Shown piece by piece: positions 1 to 9,025 of a DNA stretch of 32,000 bases. Each line of letters opens with the position of its first letter. Positions within the stretch are counted from its first letter, which is position 1. The position numbers and the translations under genes are program-made. The stretch is from Xylanibacter ruminicola 23 (lineage in GTDB: Bacteria; Bacteroidota; Bacteroidia; Bacteroidales; Bacteroidaceae), in the NCBI RefSeq assembly GCF_000025925.1, contig NC_014033.1, positions 1,320,001-1,352,000 on the forward strand, written 5' to 3'. Under the pieces are notes generated by a model. The model did no database searches and was not told the origin of the DNA. It was given only the letters and a program-made list of their open reading frames with translations.

Positions 1-338
1 AATATGGAGTCAAGTTTCAGCACATCCTGAGTATTGGCAGGATTTTCTATCACCGCTATCACATCACCAGCATTGACATGTTGTCCGTCTTGGGCGTACA
101 ACTCTTGCAATCTGCCAGATGTTTTAGCCACAATCCATACAGGCGGCTCTGTTTTTGTGATTGTAACAGTGCAGGTAATCGTATCTGGGTATTTAAATAT
201 AAAGCATCCGATGAACAGAACCAGCAATATACCGCCAATCACTGACGAGCCAACGCTCAGCAGTGTATGGGGAGGTGTTGACAGGATCTCCTGTACGTCC
301 TCACTTCTTATAATACTATCCTTATTTCTCTTGGGCAT
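1..338 (-). CDS. HlyD-family membrane-fusion/secretion adaptor protein, N-terminal part (continues beyond the window start)
   Basis: Absent from the ORF track because it runs off the window. Reverse-strand ATG at 336-338, 6 nt after the ABC exporter stop (345-347). Hand translation: MPKRNKDSIIRSEDVQEILSTPPHTLLSVGSSVIGGILLVLFIGCFIFKYPDTITCTVTITKTEPPVWIVAKTSGRLQELYAQDGQHVNAGDVIAVIENPANTQDVLKLDS. This gives one TM anchor followed by the lipoyl-like G..V..GD.I motif typical of HlyD adaptors that follow C39-ABC exporters. Confidence 0.7.
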   Translation of the reverse strand, partial: MPKRNKDSIIRSEDVQEILSTPPHTLLSVGSSVIGGILLVLFIGCFIFKYPDTITCTVTITKTEPPVWIVAKTSGRLQELYAQDGQHVNAGDVIAVIENPANTQDVLKLDSI

Positions 339-344
339 CGTGCA

Positions 345-2546
345 TTATACATTTAATTGGTTCTTGACTAAAGTGTAATATACCCCATGACGGCAAATCA
401 GTTCTTCGTGGGTGCCCTGCTCGCAAATCTTTCCTCCTTGTAGCACCACGATTTTATCGGCATCTCTCACTGTGCTCAGACGATGGGCGATGACTATAGC
501 TGTCCTGCCTTGCATAAAACGGTTGAGCTTTTCCATTATCAGGTACTCGTTATTGGCATCAAGCGAGTTTGTGGCCTCATCCATAAAGATGAACTCAGGA
601 TTCTTATAGACGGCGCGAGCTATAAGGATACGCTGTTTTTGGCCCATGCTTAGTCCATGGCCCTCAGCTCCTATCTTTGTATTATAGCCTAATGGCAAAT
701 CCTCGATGAAATCTCTGATGTTGGCTGTTTCTGCTGCTTCACGCATTCTGTCTTCATCAATCCGCTCTTCTCCTGGGGCGATATTTCGGGCTATAGTGTC
801 TGAGAAGATGAATCCGTCCTGCATCACTGTACCGCAGTGCTTACGCCACTCCCGTTTGTCATAGTTGGCAATATCCGAACAGCCCAACACTACTTTCCCC
901 TTGTCTGGTTCATAGAAACCTAATATCATCTTAAGCAGTGTGGTTTTTCCGCTGCCACTAAGACCTACTATGGCAGTTGTCTTACCTTTAGGAATTGCCA
1001 GGTTTATGTCATCAAGTGTAGGCACCTCGTTGAGTTTGTCGTATCTGAATGTCAGATGTTCTATCCTAATGTCTGCATTCTTGATATCTGTAATCTTGGT
1101 CTTGCCTGCAGGGCGTTCGTCGTCTCTGTTATAGATTTCCTGTAGTCGGTCTAAACTCAATTTGGCATCCTGATATTGACGGACAAAACCTATCAGTTGG
1201 TCAACAGGACTATTCAATTGTCCAATGATATATTGGATGGAAAGCATCATGCCAAGAGTGATGTTTCCTTTTATAACCAATGCCGCAACAAGGGCTGTAA
1301 TAATAGCATTTTTCATCTGATTTATCAACACGCCACCCGACTGCTGGTATTGTGACAGGGCTAGCCCTTTGACGGTAATCCTGTATTTTCGAGCCTGTAT
1401 ATGCTCCCATTCCCAGCGTTTCTGCTGTTCGCAGGCATTTAGTTTGATTTCCTGCATGCCACTCACCAGTTGCACCATATTACTTTGATTGGCCGAATTT
1501 TGTGCAAACATCTTATGGTCGAGAACAGCCCTCCGTTTCATGAAACCCCATACCCAGGCAATATATAAGCCACTACCGATAAAGAATATAAAGAATATCA
1601 TCCAGTTATAGAATAGGATGACCAGTCCAAAAATGATGATGTTGACAATGGAGAAGAGTGTTGACAGACTGGTACTGGTCAAAAACTCTTGTATTCTAGT
1701 ATGATCATTGATGCGCTGAAGAATGTCGCCCGTCATCTTCGTGTCAAAATAGGCGATGGATAGGCGCATTAGTTTGGCCAGATAGTCAGATATCAGCGAG
1801 ATATTCACCCTCATGCCGATATGAAGCAATATCCAGCCTCGGATAAACTCCACAGATGTGCTACTGATAACGAGCACCATTTGGGCTATCAGCACTAAAT
1901 AAATATAGCCTAAATTCTGATTGGTAATACCGAAGTCAACGATAGACTGTGTGAGAAATGGCAGGATAAGCTGTATCAACGAGCCTGTAGCTAATCCGAT
2001 AAAGAGTTGTAGAATCAGTTTCTTATATGGTCGAAGATACTCAAACAGGAACAGCATGCTTCGCTTATTCTTTTTGTCATCGTCTTCATCTGAATGACTA
2101 TAGAAATCTGGTGTTGGCTCCAGACAGAGCACAACACCTTCATCTTCGCCATCATTTCTGCCAGATAGCCAACATCTTTTAAATTCCTCTTCTGTATATG
2201 TTACTTTACTGCCTGCAGGATCTGCAACATGAAACAAGTGTCCATTCTTATTTTTTTCTATCCGATAGAGTACCACGAAGTGGTTCTGGTTCCAGTGGAT
2301 GATGCAAGGCAGGGGCACATCCTCTATCAGCCGTGAAATAGGAATACGTAGCCCTATGGTATGCATTCCTAGTTTCTCTGCGGCTTCACTGATACCCAGC
2401 ATCGACACCCCCAGTCGGGAGATAAAACAGTTCTCCCGCAGATATTGCAGGGAATACCGCCTGCCATAGAATGCGGCTACCATCCTTAAACAGGTCGGGC
2501 CGCAATCCATGGCATCATGCTGGGTATAGATAGGGAAAGACTTCAT
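345..2546 (-). CDS. Peptidase C39 domain-containing ABC transporter (bacteriocin/peptide exporter, permease + ATPase)
   Basis: 733-aa ORF. N-terminal C39 motif QHDAMDCGPTCL with the catalytic Cys. Six-TM ABC membrane domain. Walker A GLSGSGKTT, signature LSMGQKQR, Walker B IFMDEATN. The start ATGA overlaps the upstream gene stop (2543-2546), suggesting translational coupling. Confidence 0.9.
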   Translation of the reverse strand: MKSFPIYTQHDAMDCGPTCLRMVAAFYGRRYSLQYLRENCFISRLGVSMLGISEAAEKLGMHTIGLRIPISRLIEDVPLPCIIHWNQNHFVVLYRIEKNKNGHLFHVADPAGSKVTYTEEEFKRCWLSGRNDGEDEGVVLCLEPTPDFYSHSDEDDDKKNKRSMLFLFEYLRPYKKLILQLFIGLATGSLIQLILPFLTQSIVDFGITNQNLGYIYLVLIAQMVLVISSTSVEFIRGWILLHIGMRVNISLISDYLAKLMRLSIAYFDTKMTGDILQRINDHTRIQEFLTSTSLSTLFSIVNIIIFGLVILFYNWMIFFIFFIGSGLYIAWVWGFMKRRAVLDHKMFAQNSANQSNMVQLVSGMQEIKLNACEQQKRWEWEHIQARKYRITVKGLALSQYQQSGGVLINQMKNAIITALVAALVIKGNITLGMMLSIQYIIGQLNSPVDQLIGFVRQYQDAKLSLDRLQEIYNRDDERPAGKTKITDIKNADIRIEHLTFRYDKLNEVPTLDDINLAIPKGKTTAIVGLSGSGKTTLLKMILGFYEPDKGKVVLGCSDIANYDKREWRKHCGTVMQDGFIFSDTIARNIAPGEERIDEDRMREAAETANIRDFIEDLPLGYNTKIGAEGHGLSMGQKQRILIARAVYKNPEFIFMDEATNSLDANNEYLIMEKLNRFMQGRTAIVIAHRLSTVRDADKIVVLQGGKICEQGTHEELICRHGVYYTLVKNQLNV

Positions 2547-3847
2547 GATTTTAAAATGTATTTCAGATCCCCTATATCATAGACCTCCGGCAATTCATGA
2601 CCATCTACAACAATTGTCGGAGTTCTTACTATTTGATTCCTCTCACAATAAAGTCTAACCTCTGGGGCTTTTGCTGCTAATGATACAATTTTGACTCTGG
2701 CTATTTGGCTTAATTGGGAAATGGCTGCCTCAACAGTTTTGCATTTTTTGCATTGGGGGTGAACAAAAACGGTTATTGTATCTGTTCCATTTATCCCACT
2801 GCATTCTGCATAATTGTCACTAATTTCTTCAAGTTCTCTTTCCTGCGACAATAGCCATTCAAAGAGTCCCCTTCTATACAGCACCGACAAACGATTCCTC
2901 AATGAATATGTCTGCCGAGAAAGACTCACGTTGCGGACTGTAAAAGACCATATCAAATAAGATATTAAAACAGAGAATATAAAAATATAGGGGGTGCCAA
3001 CCTTTGGTAATGGTGCATTAGTGGTTATAAGAATGGTGTCTAACCATGTAATTAGGTTGACTGACATACAGTACAAGCAAACCTTGTGGATGACAGTTAT
3101 TTGATACACTACCGAATAGACTGTAAAACAACAGCCAATTATTAGGAGTATCAGTGAAAATGTCTGCCATCCGTTGTTAGAAATCAATACAAGGAACAGT
3201 TGAGTAGAAAAGAAGAAAAAGCCCAAGTCGCTCAATCGAAGAAATCTCCAAAATCTGCTACCCTTGGAATCAAGTACACTTTGACAATCTATGAAACGTC
3301 CGATTTTACAGTATCTTCCTGTGGAATTACTTTCAGAATAATCCTTTCTGAGTAAAGAAATCGAAACCCAGATGCCAATGAGAGACAAAAACACATGACT
3401 CATAGTGAAAAGGTTTGGTTGTAATAACATCGCAAATGCGACGACTATGGCAGAGAAAATTAGCTCTAGGTGACTATTGCATATGTTATCAATGGCATCA
3501 CGTAGCCATACATAGTTATATATAGGTGTGGCATTAGTTTTTTTAGCGGCTAATACTACACCGTCCCATTTGGGCAAAGCCTTTTCTTTTTCATTGTCAT
3601 TTGTAATGATTGCAAACCCCTCCTTACTATTTGAAAGCACCATCAAGTATGGATAGTCCAACTCCTTTAGATATTCTTTAGGAAGTTGATAGACACTATT
3701 GTCAATGTGCAATGAATCAAGTGAATCGCTTATTCCTCTAAGTGTTGTACCAACTGGAGTGTCAAGCAATTTTCGGACTACAGAGTAAGGCACCTTAATG
3801 CCTAAACTCTGTAGAAATTGGTGTAATGCCCATTGTACTTGATTCAT
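2543..3847 (-). CDS. Vitamin K epoxide reductase (VKOR) family protein with N-terminal C39-like domain and C-terminal thioredoxin-like domain
   Basis: The ORF track gives 2543..3913. I prefer the ATG at 3845-3847 (MNQVQWALHQF...) because the longer form overlaps the upstream gene by 56 nt. Central multi-TM region has the loop cysteines CKIGRFIDC and the CLYC redox motif typical of VKOR. C-terminal HPQCKKCK is a CxxC thioredoxin-like motif. The N-terminal about 130 aa resemble a C39 fold without an obvious catalytic Cys. Confidence 0.8.
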   Translation of the reverse strand: MNQVQWALHQFLQSLGIKVPYSVVRKLLDTPVGTTLRGISDSLDSLHIDNSVYQLPKEYLKELDYPYLMVLSNSKEGFAIITNDNEKEKALPKWDGVVLAAKKTNATPIYNYVWLRDAIDNICNSHLELIFSAIVVAFAMLLQPNLFTMSHVFLSLIGIWVSISLLRKDYSESNSTGRYCKIGRFIDCQSVLDSKGSRFWRFLRLSDLGFFFFSTQLFLVLISNNGWQTFSLILLIIGCCFTVYSVVYQITVIHKVCLYCMSVNLITWLDTILITTNAPLPKVGTPYIFIFSVLISYLIWSFTVRNVSLSRQTYSLRNRLSVLYRRGLFEWLLSQERELEEISDNYAECSGINGTDTITVFVHPQCKKCKTVEAAISQLSQIARVKIVSLAAKAPEVRLYCERNQIVRTPTIVVDGHELPEVYDIGDLKYILKS

Positions 3848-3857
3848 CCGTAATGCG

Positions 3858-4223
3858 TTAAAGGTTAATGTAACCGTAGAAACAATAACAGCCACGAACA
3901 ATCTGGAGTTCATACTCCCCAGAGAGATATGACGGCAACGTTAAACTTGTGGTCTCGTCAGTTATAACCACCATGTATTCCACATCGCCGTCTTCGTTTA
4001 GTAACCGGAGAATGCAGCCATCACAAGATGTAGCAAAAATCAAATTGTGCCCTTCAAGACTGACAGAAGGAATTACAACAGGACTTCTCTTAATTGGCTT
4101 TTGATCTTCTGTCGGGTCTGTAAGTGATACCTGAAGAAACACTTCATCACATACGTGTTGCACTTTGGCATCAGATAAAGATGCCGATAAAATCAATACT
4201 AAAGCTAAAATACTTCTTTTCAT
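3858..4223 (-). CDS. Small secreted Cys-rich protein, DUF3244-like
   Basis: 121 aa. Sec signal peptide MKRSILALVLILSASLSDA. Beta-rich body ending ...GEYELQIVRGCYCFYGYINL, resembling the Bacteroidetes DUF3244 family. Five cysteines, including CDGC and CYC. Own promoter TACCTTTG on the minus strand at 4250-4257. Confidence 0.6.
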   Translation of the reverse strand: MKRSILALVLILSASLSDAKVQHVCDEVFLQVSLTDPTEDQKPIKRSPVVIPSVSLEGHNLIFATSCDGCILRLLNEDGDVEYMVVITDETTSLTLPSYLSGEYELQIVRGCYCFYGYINL

Positions 4224-4387
4224 TTCCTTTGCATATTTGTATTTTTCTGCAAAGGTATCTCAACATAATTATTCAACCAAAAATCTGAGGCTTTTTCGTT
4301 TCGTCAAAATTCGTTGAGAAAGAAATTGCCCCCCCCCTAAAACCTATTATAACACAATGAGTTACAAAAAATATTCGTCAAAATTCG

Positions 4388-6163
4388 TCAAGAGCGATGA
4401 AGCCTATTTATGAGGTTATTTTTAAGCGAATGAGCATCTTTCTTTCCATAAAGTTTTTCATTAGCACGTGATTTTGCATTCGATACCGTTGAGGCAAAAG
4501 AATCTGTCATAAGTGATATGTTCTTTTCTTGGATATCAAGAATAAGAAGAATGCATATGCGCTGTTCTAATTGTGATAAAGATCTACCTTGTCCAAAAGA
4601 CTTATATGTAACTGGGATGTCTTTGCTAAATTGAGATATCAATAAGTTCCATTCAGTCCCTGTTGGCTTAATTCTTTCAGATTTGCTGGTTGCTTTCTTA
4701 ATAAACTGTTGTGCGATGGCACTACCGAGAAAATTTTCAAGATTATCAATACGTGTGATGTCATTTGCATCCTTTTTATTGTTGTTCTTAGCCTCCAGGA
4801 ATTCTATTCTTTTTGACAACTCAATCTCTTGTTTTTCTTTAATCGCTATTATACTCTCATAGTCTTTTTCCTTTAATATCCTTAATTCCTCCTGAATAGC
4901 ATTTCTTTGGGATTTTGCACTATTAAGTGTTTCTTCTAATTCGGCTATTCTTGCCTTTTTTTCTTCCTGATTCTTTCTATACAGCCAAACAACGACAATA
5001 ATAACTATTAATAAAACTATTGTTGCAAACGAGATAAGACTAAGCAGATATAGTCTATCTTGAGCCTTTTCTCTTTCTTGTTCAGCCTCTTTTTGACTTC
5101 GGCTGTAGTTATAAAGAGAAGACATCTGGTGAATTGCGTCTGTCTGCATCTTATTATGCAAAGAGTCTTGTGCTGCCTCATATAAGCGGGAAAAACAATT
5201 CACAGAATCAATATTATGTTTTTCTCTATATATGGATAGTAATCCTTTGTATCCTTCTGAAAGATATCCATATTTGATGGCTTTACGGAAATAATATTCT
5301 GCAGAACCAAGTTGGTTGATAGCAAGTTCATATAGGCCTTTTGTATAATAGTAATGTTCACGGCCTTTGGCTATATTCCCATACTCGTCAAACAATCCAG
5401 ACTCTTTTTCGAATATATCCATCGCATGTTTTGCCTTGGTCAAATCACCACGTTCTAAATAAATAGATATTGAAACGACTAATGCATCCGCAGCTTCTTG
5501 GTGTTCCCCCAACTGTTTCAATGACGAGTATGTATTATTTATTAGATTTAGCACACTATCCTTTTTGTTAAGAAGATAATAAGGCCTTATAAGCTGCTCT
5601 GTTTCCATAATATAATCTTTAAGATTCCCATTCCTACGAATATACTCAACATAATGCCTCAACGCCCATATCTCATCATGAGGAAGATTCTGCTTATGGA
5701 ATATTCGGGACATTTGTCCATACACGACTGTTAAAGTTCTAAAATCACAAGATGTATTGGTCGTGTCAGCCATAGAAATGGCATCATAATAAGCTTGTAA
5801 TGCCTCTGGTGCCTCTTCCATATCGCTATAAGCCCGTCCTAACAGATAATATGCAAGCATTATTTCATTGGCATTTCCGTTGTCTTTATAATAAGCAACA
5901 ACATCTTTGATAATCGAATCTGATGTGAATTTTATACCCGATTTATTTTCAGCCTTTAGTCTTATGAGTTCATAATGCATCCTGTCACCTTTTCCCCATT
6001 CATTCTTGTCAGTATCGAACTTACTTAGCAACGTAAGTGCGGAGTCTGGGTTATCATCGGCAATTTTACTGATCTCATCTAATTGCGCCATCATCTTTCT
6101 GCCATTGCAACTACACAATGCAGCAATCACTATACCTAAATATATAAATGTCAGTTTCTTCAT
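4388..6163 (-). CDS. Membrane-spanning TPR-repeat sensor/regulator with C-terminal LuxR-like HTH
   Basis: 591 aa. Lipoprotein-like signal MKKLTFIYLGIVIAALCSC. About 350 aa of TPR-like repeats (AYYLLGRAY, ALQAYYDAI, AEYYFRKAI). One TM helix LYLLSLISFATIVLLIVIIVVVWLY. Coiled coil (EEKKARIAELEETLNSAKSQ...). C-terminal LSQLEQRICILLILDIQEKNISLMTDSFASTVSNAKSRANEKL matches the LuxR/GerE HTH pattern. Minus-strand promoter TACCTTTG at 6219-6226. Confidence 0.75.
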   Translation of the reverse strand: MKKLTFIYLGIVIAALCSCNGRKMMAQLDEISKIADDNPDSALTLLSKFDTDKNEWGKGDRMHYELIRLKAENKSGIKFTSDSIIKDVVAYYKDNGNANEIMLAYYLLGRAYSDMEEAPEALQAYYDAISMADTTNTSCDFRTLTVVYGQMSRIFHKQNLPHDEIWALRHYVEYIRRNGNLKDYIMETEQLIRPYYLLNKKDSVLNLINNTYSSLKQLGEHQEAADALVVSISIYLERGDLTKAKHAMDIFEKESGLFDEYGNIAKGREHYYYTKGLYELAINQLGSAEYYFRKAIKYGYLSEGYKGLLSIYREKHNIDSVNCFSRLYEAAQDSLHNKMQTDAIHQMSSLYNYSRSQKEAEQEREKAQDRLYLLSLISFATIVLLIVIIVVVWLYRKNQEEKKARIAELEETLNSAKSQRNAIQEELRILKEKDYESIIAIKEKQEIELSKRIEFLEAKNNNKKDANDITRIDNLENFLGSAIAQQFIKKATSKSERIKPTGTEWNLLISQFSKDIPVTYKSFGQGRSLSQLEQRICILLILDIQEKNISLMTDSFASTVSNAKSRANEKLYGKKDAHSLKNNLINRLHRS

Positions 6164-6298
6164 CTTTTGTCAAACCATTAAGTAATATCCATTTGCTATC
6201 TTCTGATATTATTGAGTGCAAAGGTACAAAAAAGAATCGGAAAAATTTGTTTTTTCACTTTTATTTAACGGTTCTGACATAATAAAGTGTCCACAGAA

Positions 6299-6492
6299 TT
6301 TGGTTATTTCAACAATTCTTCTTACCTTTGCAGCGATGAAGGGTCATTAAAACGGCTGGTGGCTCGGAGTCACGGGTTCTTTGAAAGCAATTCAATGCAG
6401 AACGTGGAATTGAGAACGGTCTCCAAATCGTAACCCGCGACATTTCCCAATCCCCCGAACTGCCTTTATACAAAGAAAGATTGCTTTTTCTA
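6299..6492 (+). ncRNA. Candidate orphan sRNA (promoter plus about 155-nt rod-like transcript), unclassified
   Basis: Canonical Bacteroides promoter on the plus strand: TTTG 6299-6302, then a 20-nt spacer, then TACCTTTG 6323-6330. No plus-strand ORF follows it (ATG AAG GGT CAT TAA only). Nested pairings: GTCACGGGTT 6370-6379 with AACCCGCGAC 6432-6441, and CAATTC 6388-6393 with GAATTG 6407-6412. A weak T-rich end lies at 6480-6492. The class is not recognised. Confidence 0.35.
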
Positions 6493-6573
6493 TCCAAAAT
6501 TAATAAATAATTTTGGCACTAACCACACTAATCCCATTTATTTTATGAAAAATCGCGTAATTAGTGCCATAAA

Positions 6574-7851
6574 TCAATCCTTTACCTGCTTTTTCGAGGT
6601 CATGATGTTCAAAACCATGTCATCGGTTTTACACATGGCCTCGGCACCAATGCTGGTAAGATTGTGGATGCTCTTGTCAACACAGTCGTCCACGATACCT
6701 TCGTCCTGCGATACGCATTTGCCCTCCATAGCCAGCAGTGCTGACAGCAAAGCCGTGCTGACGCCACTGGTAATCTTCAACGAGCACGATGGTTTGGCAC
6801 CATCACAGATCATACCCGTCAGATTGGCAATCATATTCTTTACAGCATAGCAGATACGCTCGTAGTCGCCTCCCATCAGGTAGGTAATGCCACAACTTGA
6901 ACCTATCGAGGCTACCACACAACCGCAGAGTGCCGACAGCTTTCCAAGACTCTGTTTGATATAGATGGCCGTCAAATGACTCAGCATCAGGGCACGCAGC
7001 AGTTCCTCCTCCGTATTCTCGTTTTCTTTGGCATACACACATACGGGGTTTGTGGCACAGATGCCCTGATTACCCGAACCTGAGTTACTCATCACGGGGA
7101 TCATGGCGCCACCCATACGGGCATCACAAGCCGAAGCTGTTCGCGAAATAATGTGCGAATAGATGCTGTTACCGAAGATGCCTTTGGCCAGCGGACGATC
7201 GATGGTCTTACCCAGATTATGACCGTGGTTGCCCTTCAGCGCTTCGCGGGCAGCATTCATATTGTAGGTGCGTGCCTCCTCAATAAAACGTATCTCGTCC
7301 AAAGGAGCGGTAGTTGCAAAGTCGTACACCAGTCGCATGTTCAGTGCTATCTCGTCATCTTCATCGCTCGCCGCAGTCCTGGCGTAACTGGCATCACCCG
7401 AAACAAAATGGGTATGACTGCCTGCGATGATAGCCGTTTCCTGTCGGTCGCCTGCCGATGCAATAATCTCAATGTACAGTTTGTCGCACTTTCCATCCTT
7501 TAACCGGATGTCAATTCTATCCTCCGTGATATATTGTTTGCCCTCTTCAAGTGCCTCAGGAGTAAGGTCCTTCAGCACCTCCAACTGGTATTCGCTCTTG
7601 CCTATGAGCGCACCCAGGGCGATGGCAATGGGAAGTCCTATCATACCTGTGCCTGGAATACCAACACCCATAGCATTCTTTAGGATATTGGCACTCAGCA
7701 GTGCCACAATCTTTTCTGGTTTACAGCCTAACTGCTCTTTAGCTTTTGCCGTACACAGTGCCACCGCCATCGGTTCGGTACACCCGATAGCAGGCACCAC
7801 CTCTTTATGCACCAAAGCTATTATCTGTTCGCGTATATCTTTACTTATCAT
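6574..7851 (-). CDS. UPF0597 / L-cysteine desulfidase family protein (serine dehydratase alpha-chain-like)
   Basis: 425 aa. The N-terminus MISKDIREQIIALVHKEVVPAIGCTEPMAVALC is characteristic of the UPF0597 (YhaM/CyuA-like) family. Minus-strand promoter TATCTTTG at 7873-7880. Confidence 0.8.
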   Translation of the reverse strand: MISKDIREQIIALVHKEVVPAIGCTEPMAVALCTAKAKEQLGCKPEKIVALLSANILKNAMGVGIPGTGMIGLPIAIALGALIGKSEYQLEVLKDLTPEALEEGKQYITEDRIDIRLKDGKCDKLYIEIIASAGDRQETAIIAGSHTHFVSGDASYARTAASDEDDEIALNMRLVYDFATTAPLDEIRFIEEARTYNMNAAREALKGNHGHNLGKTIDRPLAKGIFGNSIYSHIISRTASACDARMGGAMIPVMSNSGSGNQGICATNPVCVYAKENENTEEELLRALMLSHLTAIYIKQSLGKLSALCGCVVASIGSSCGITYLMGGDYERICYAVKNMIANLTGMICDGAKPSCSLKITSGVSTALLSALLAMEGKCVSQDEGIVDDCVDKSIHNLTSIGAEAMCKTDDMVLNIMTSKKQVKD

Positions 7852-7885
7852 AGATTTTTAATAATTTGGTTGCAAAGATACGAAA

Positions 7886-7920
7886 AAATCCCAAAGCATG
7901 TTAATTCTGCCTTGGGATTT
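7886..7920 (-). terminator. Rho-independent terminator of the flavodoxin-like gene
   Basis: Arms AAATCCCAAAGC (7886-7897) and GCCTTGGGATTT (7909-7920). The single mismatch becomes a G-U pair on the minus-strand RNA. It is followed on the minus strand by a T-run (plus-strand aaaaa 7883-7887). Confidence 0.7.
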
Positions 7921-7936
7921 ATGATTTATTTATCGT

Positions 7937-8452
7937 TTATATTATCGAAGCAAGTGCCACTACCTTCCGTTTGGTTTCCTCGGTCTTCTGCTCGTCAATC
8001 TTGGCAGTAACAAAGCCCATGTTCTCTACCTTCCAGTAGTTGCAGATATCGCGGAACTCGGCTTTAGCACCATCATATACACCAGGCGAGTACGACGATA
8101 TCAGCAGCGCCATCTTCCTCACGTTGGCTGGCTTGTTTACGCAGTACATGCGCTGGATAGCAGCCTGAATCTGTGCACAGATTGTAAAGTAGTAGATGGG
8201 TGCAGCCAGTACAATTACCTCGGCCTCGTTCATCATGGGACAGAGTTCCTGCATGTCGTCCTTCTGGATGCAGGTGCCGTTGCCCTTCGTATGACAGTAC
8301 TCGCATGCCAAGCAGCCTGCAATCTTCTTTTTAGCTACGTTCACCAGTGTCACCTCATGACCTGCTGCCTCGGCAGCCTTCTTGTACTCTTCCGCCATCC
8401 AAGCGGTGTTTCCATTAGCTCTTGGAGAGCCTTGTAAAATCAAAACCTTCAT
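7937..8452 (-). CDS. Flavodoxin-like fold NAD(P)H-dependent FMN reductase / iron-sulfur flavoprotein-like protein
   Basis: 171 aa. MKVLILQGSPRANGNT is the typical FMN-reductase N-terminus. CLACEYC cysteine cluster. Confidence 0.75.
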   Translation of the reverse strand: MKVLILQGSPRANGNTAWMAEEYKKAAEAAGHEVTLVNVAKKKIAGCLACEYCHTKGNGTCIQKDDMQELCPMMNEAEVIVLAAPIYYFTICAQIQAAIQRMYCVNKPANVRKMALLISSYSPGVYDGAKAEFRDICNYWKVENMGFVTAKIDEQKTEETKRKVVALASII

Positions 8453-8490
8453 AATCGTAATTGTTTAGTTATTATAATATTGTCGCAAAG

Positions 8491-8952
8491 TTACAGCACA
8501 ACTTCCATGGTTATTTTCTGTACTTTCATGCCCATGTTTTTGTAGAAGGATAATGCGGCATCGTTGCCATCCCATACATTCAGGGTGATGTTGTTACAAC
8601 CAATCGATGCGGCGTAATCGCGCACGTATTCGTACAAGGCCTTGCCCACATGCTGGCCGCGTGCATTTTCATCTACACAGATGTCATCTATATACAGTGT
8701 TTTGATGTCCTGCAGCAACTTGTCGCCCTTTACTTCGTTTACCATGCAAAAAGCATGACCTAACACTCCCCCATCTTCGAAAACAAAGATAGGTTTGCTA
8801 TCATCACCCATCAAGGCCTCCAGCTCCTGCTCGTTATACTTGGTGGTATAAGGCTTAAACAAGTCGGGGCGCAACACATGGTGCACCATGTTTACCTGAT
8901 GCAACAGTTCAATAATACCTGGTATATCTTTTAATTCTGCTCTTCTAATCAT
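8491..8952 (-). CDS. GNAT family N-acetyltransferase
   Basis: 153 aa. Acetyl-CoA binding motif A-like segment VDENARGQHVGKALYEYV. Overall GNAT length and pattern. Confidence 0.8.
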   Translation of the reverse strand: MIRRAELKDIPGIIELLHQVNMVHHVLRPDLFKPYTTKYNEQELEALMGDDSKPIFVFEDGGVLGHAFCMVNEVKGDKLLQDIKTLYIDDICVDENARGQHVGKALYEYVRDYAASIGCNNITLNVWDGNDAALSFYKNMGMKVQKITMEVVL

Positions 8953-9025
8953 CGTTTAAATTAATTAATTATTTAGCTAACTCTTTTTGCATCTCCAGTC
9001 CTATCTTGTTCCAATAAGGTAGGTG

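Noticed and set aside
34-378. 114-aa plus-strand ORF at the window start
   Set aside because: It lies antisense to a convincing HlyD-family N-terminus (reverse-strand ATG at 338), which is positioned directly after the ABC exporter. It has no promoter and no recognisable motif, so it is a shadow ORF.
3848-3913. Longer start (ATG 3913) for the VKOR-fusion gene
   Set aside because: It would overlap the upstream DUF3244-like gene by 56 nt. The added 22 residues are not needed for the C39-like domain, so the ATG at 3847 is preferred, without experimental support.
6309-6497. 62-aa minus-strand ORF in the 6164-6573 spacer
   Set aside because: It has no promoter or ribosome-binding context, its composition is odd, and it overlaps the region better explained by a plus-strand promoter and structured RNA.
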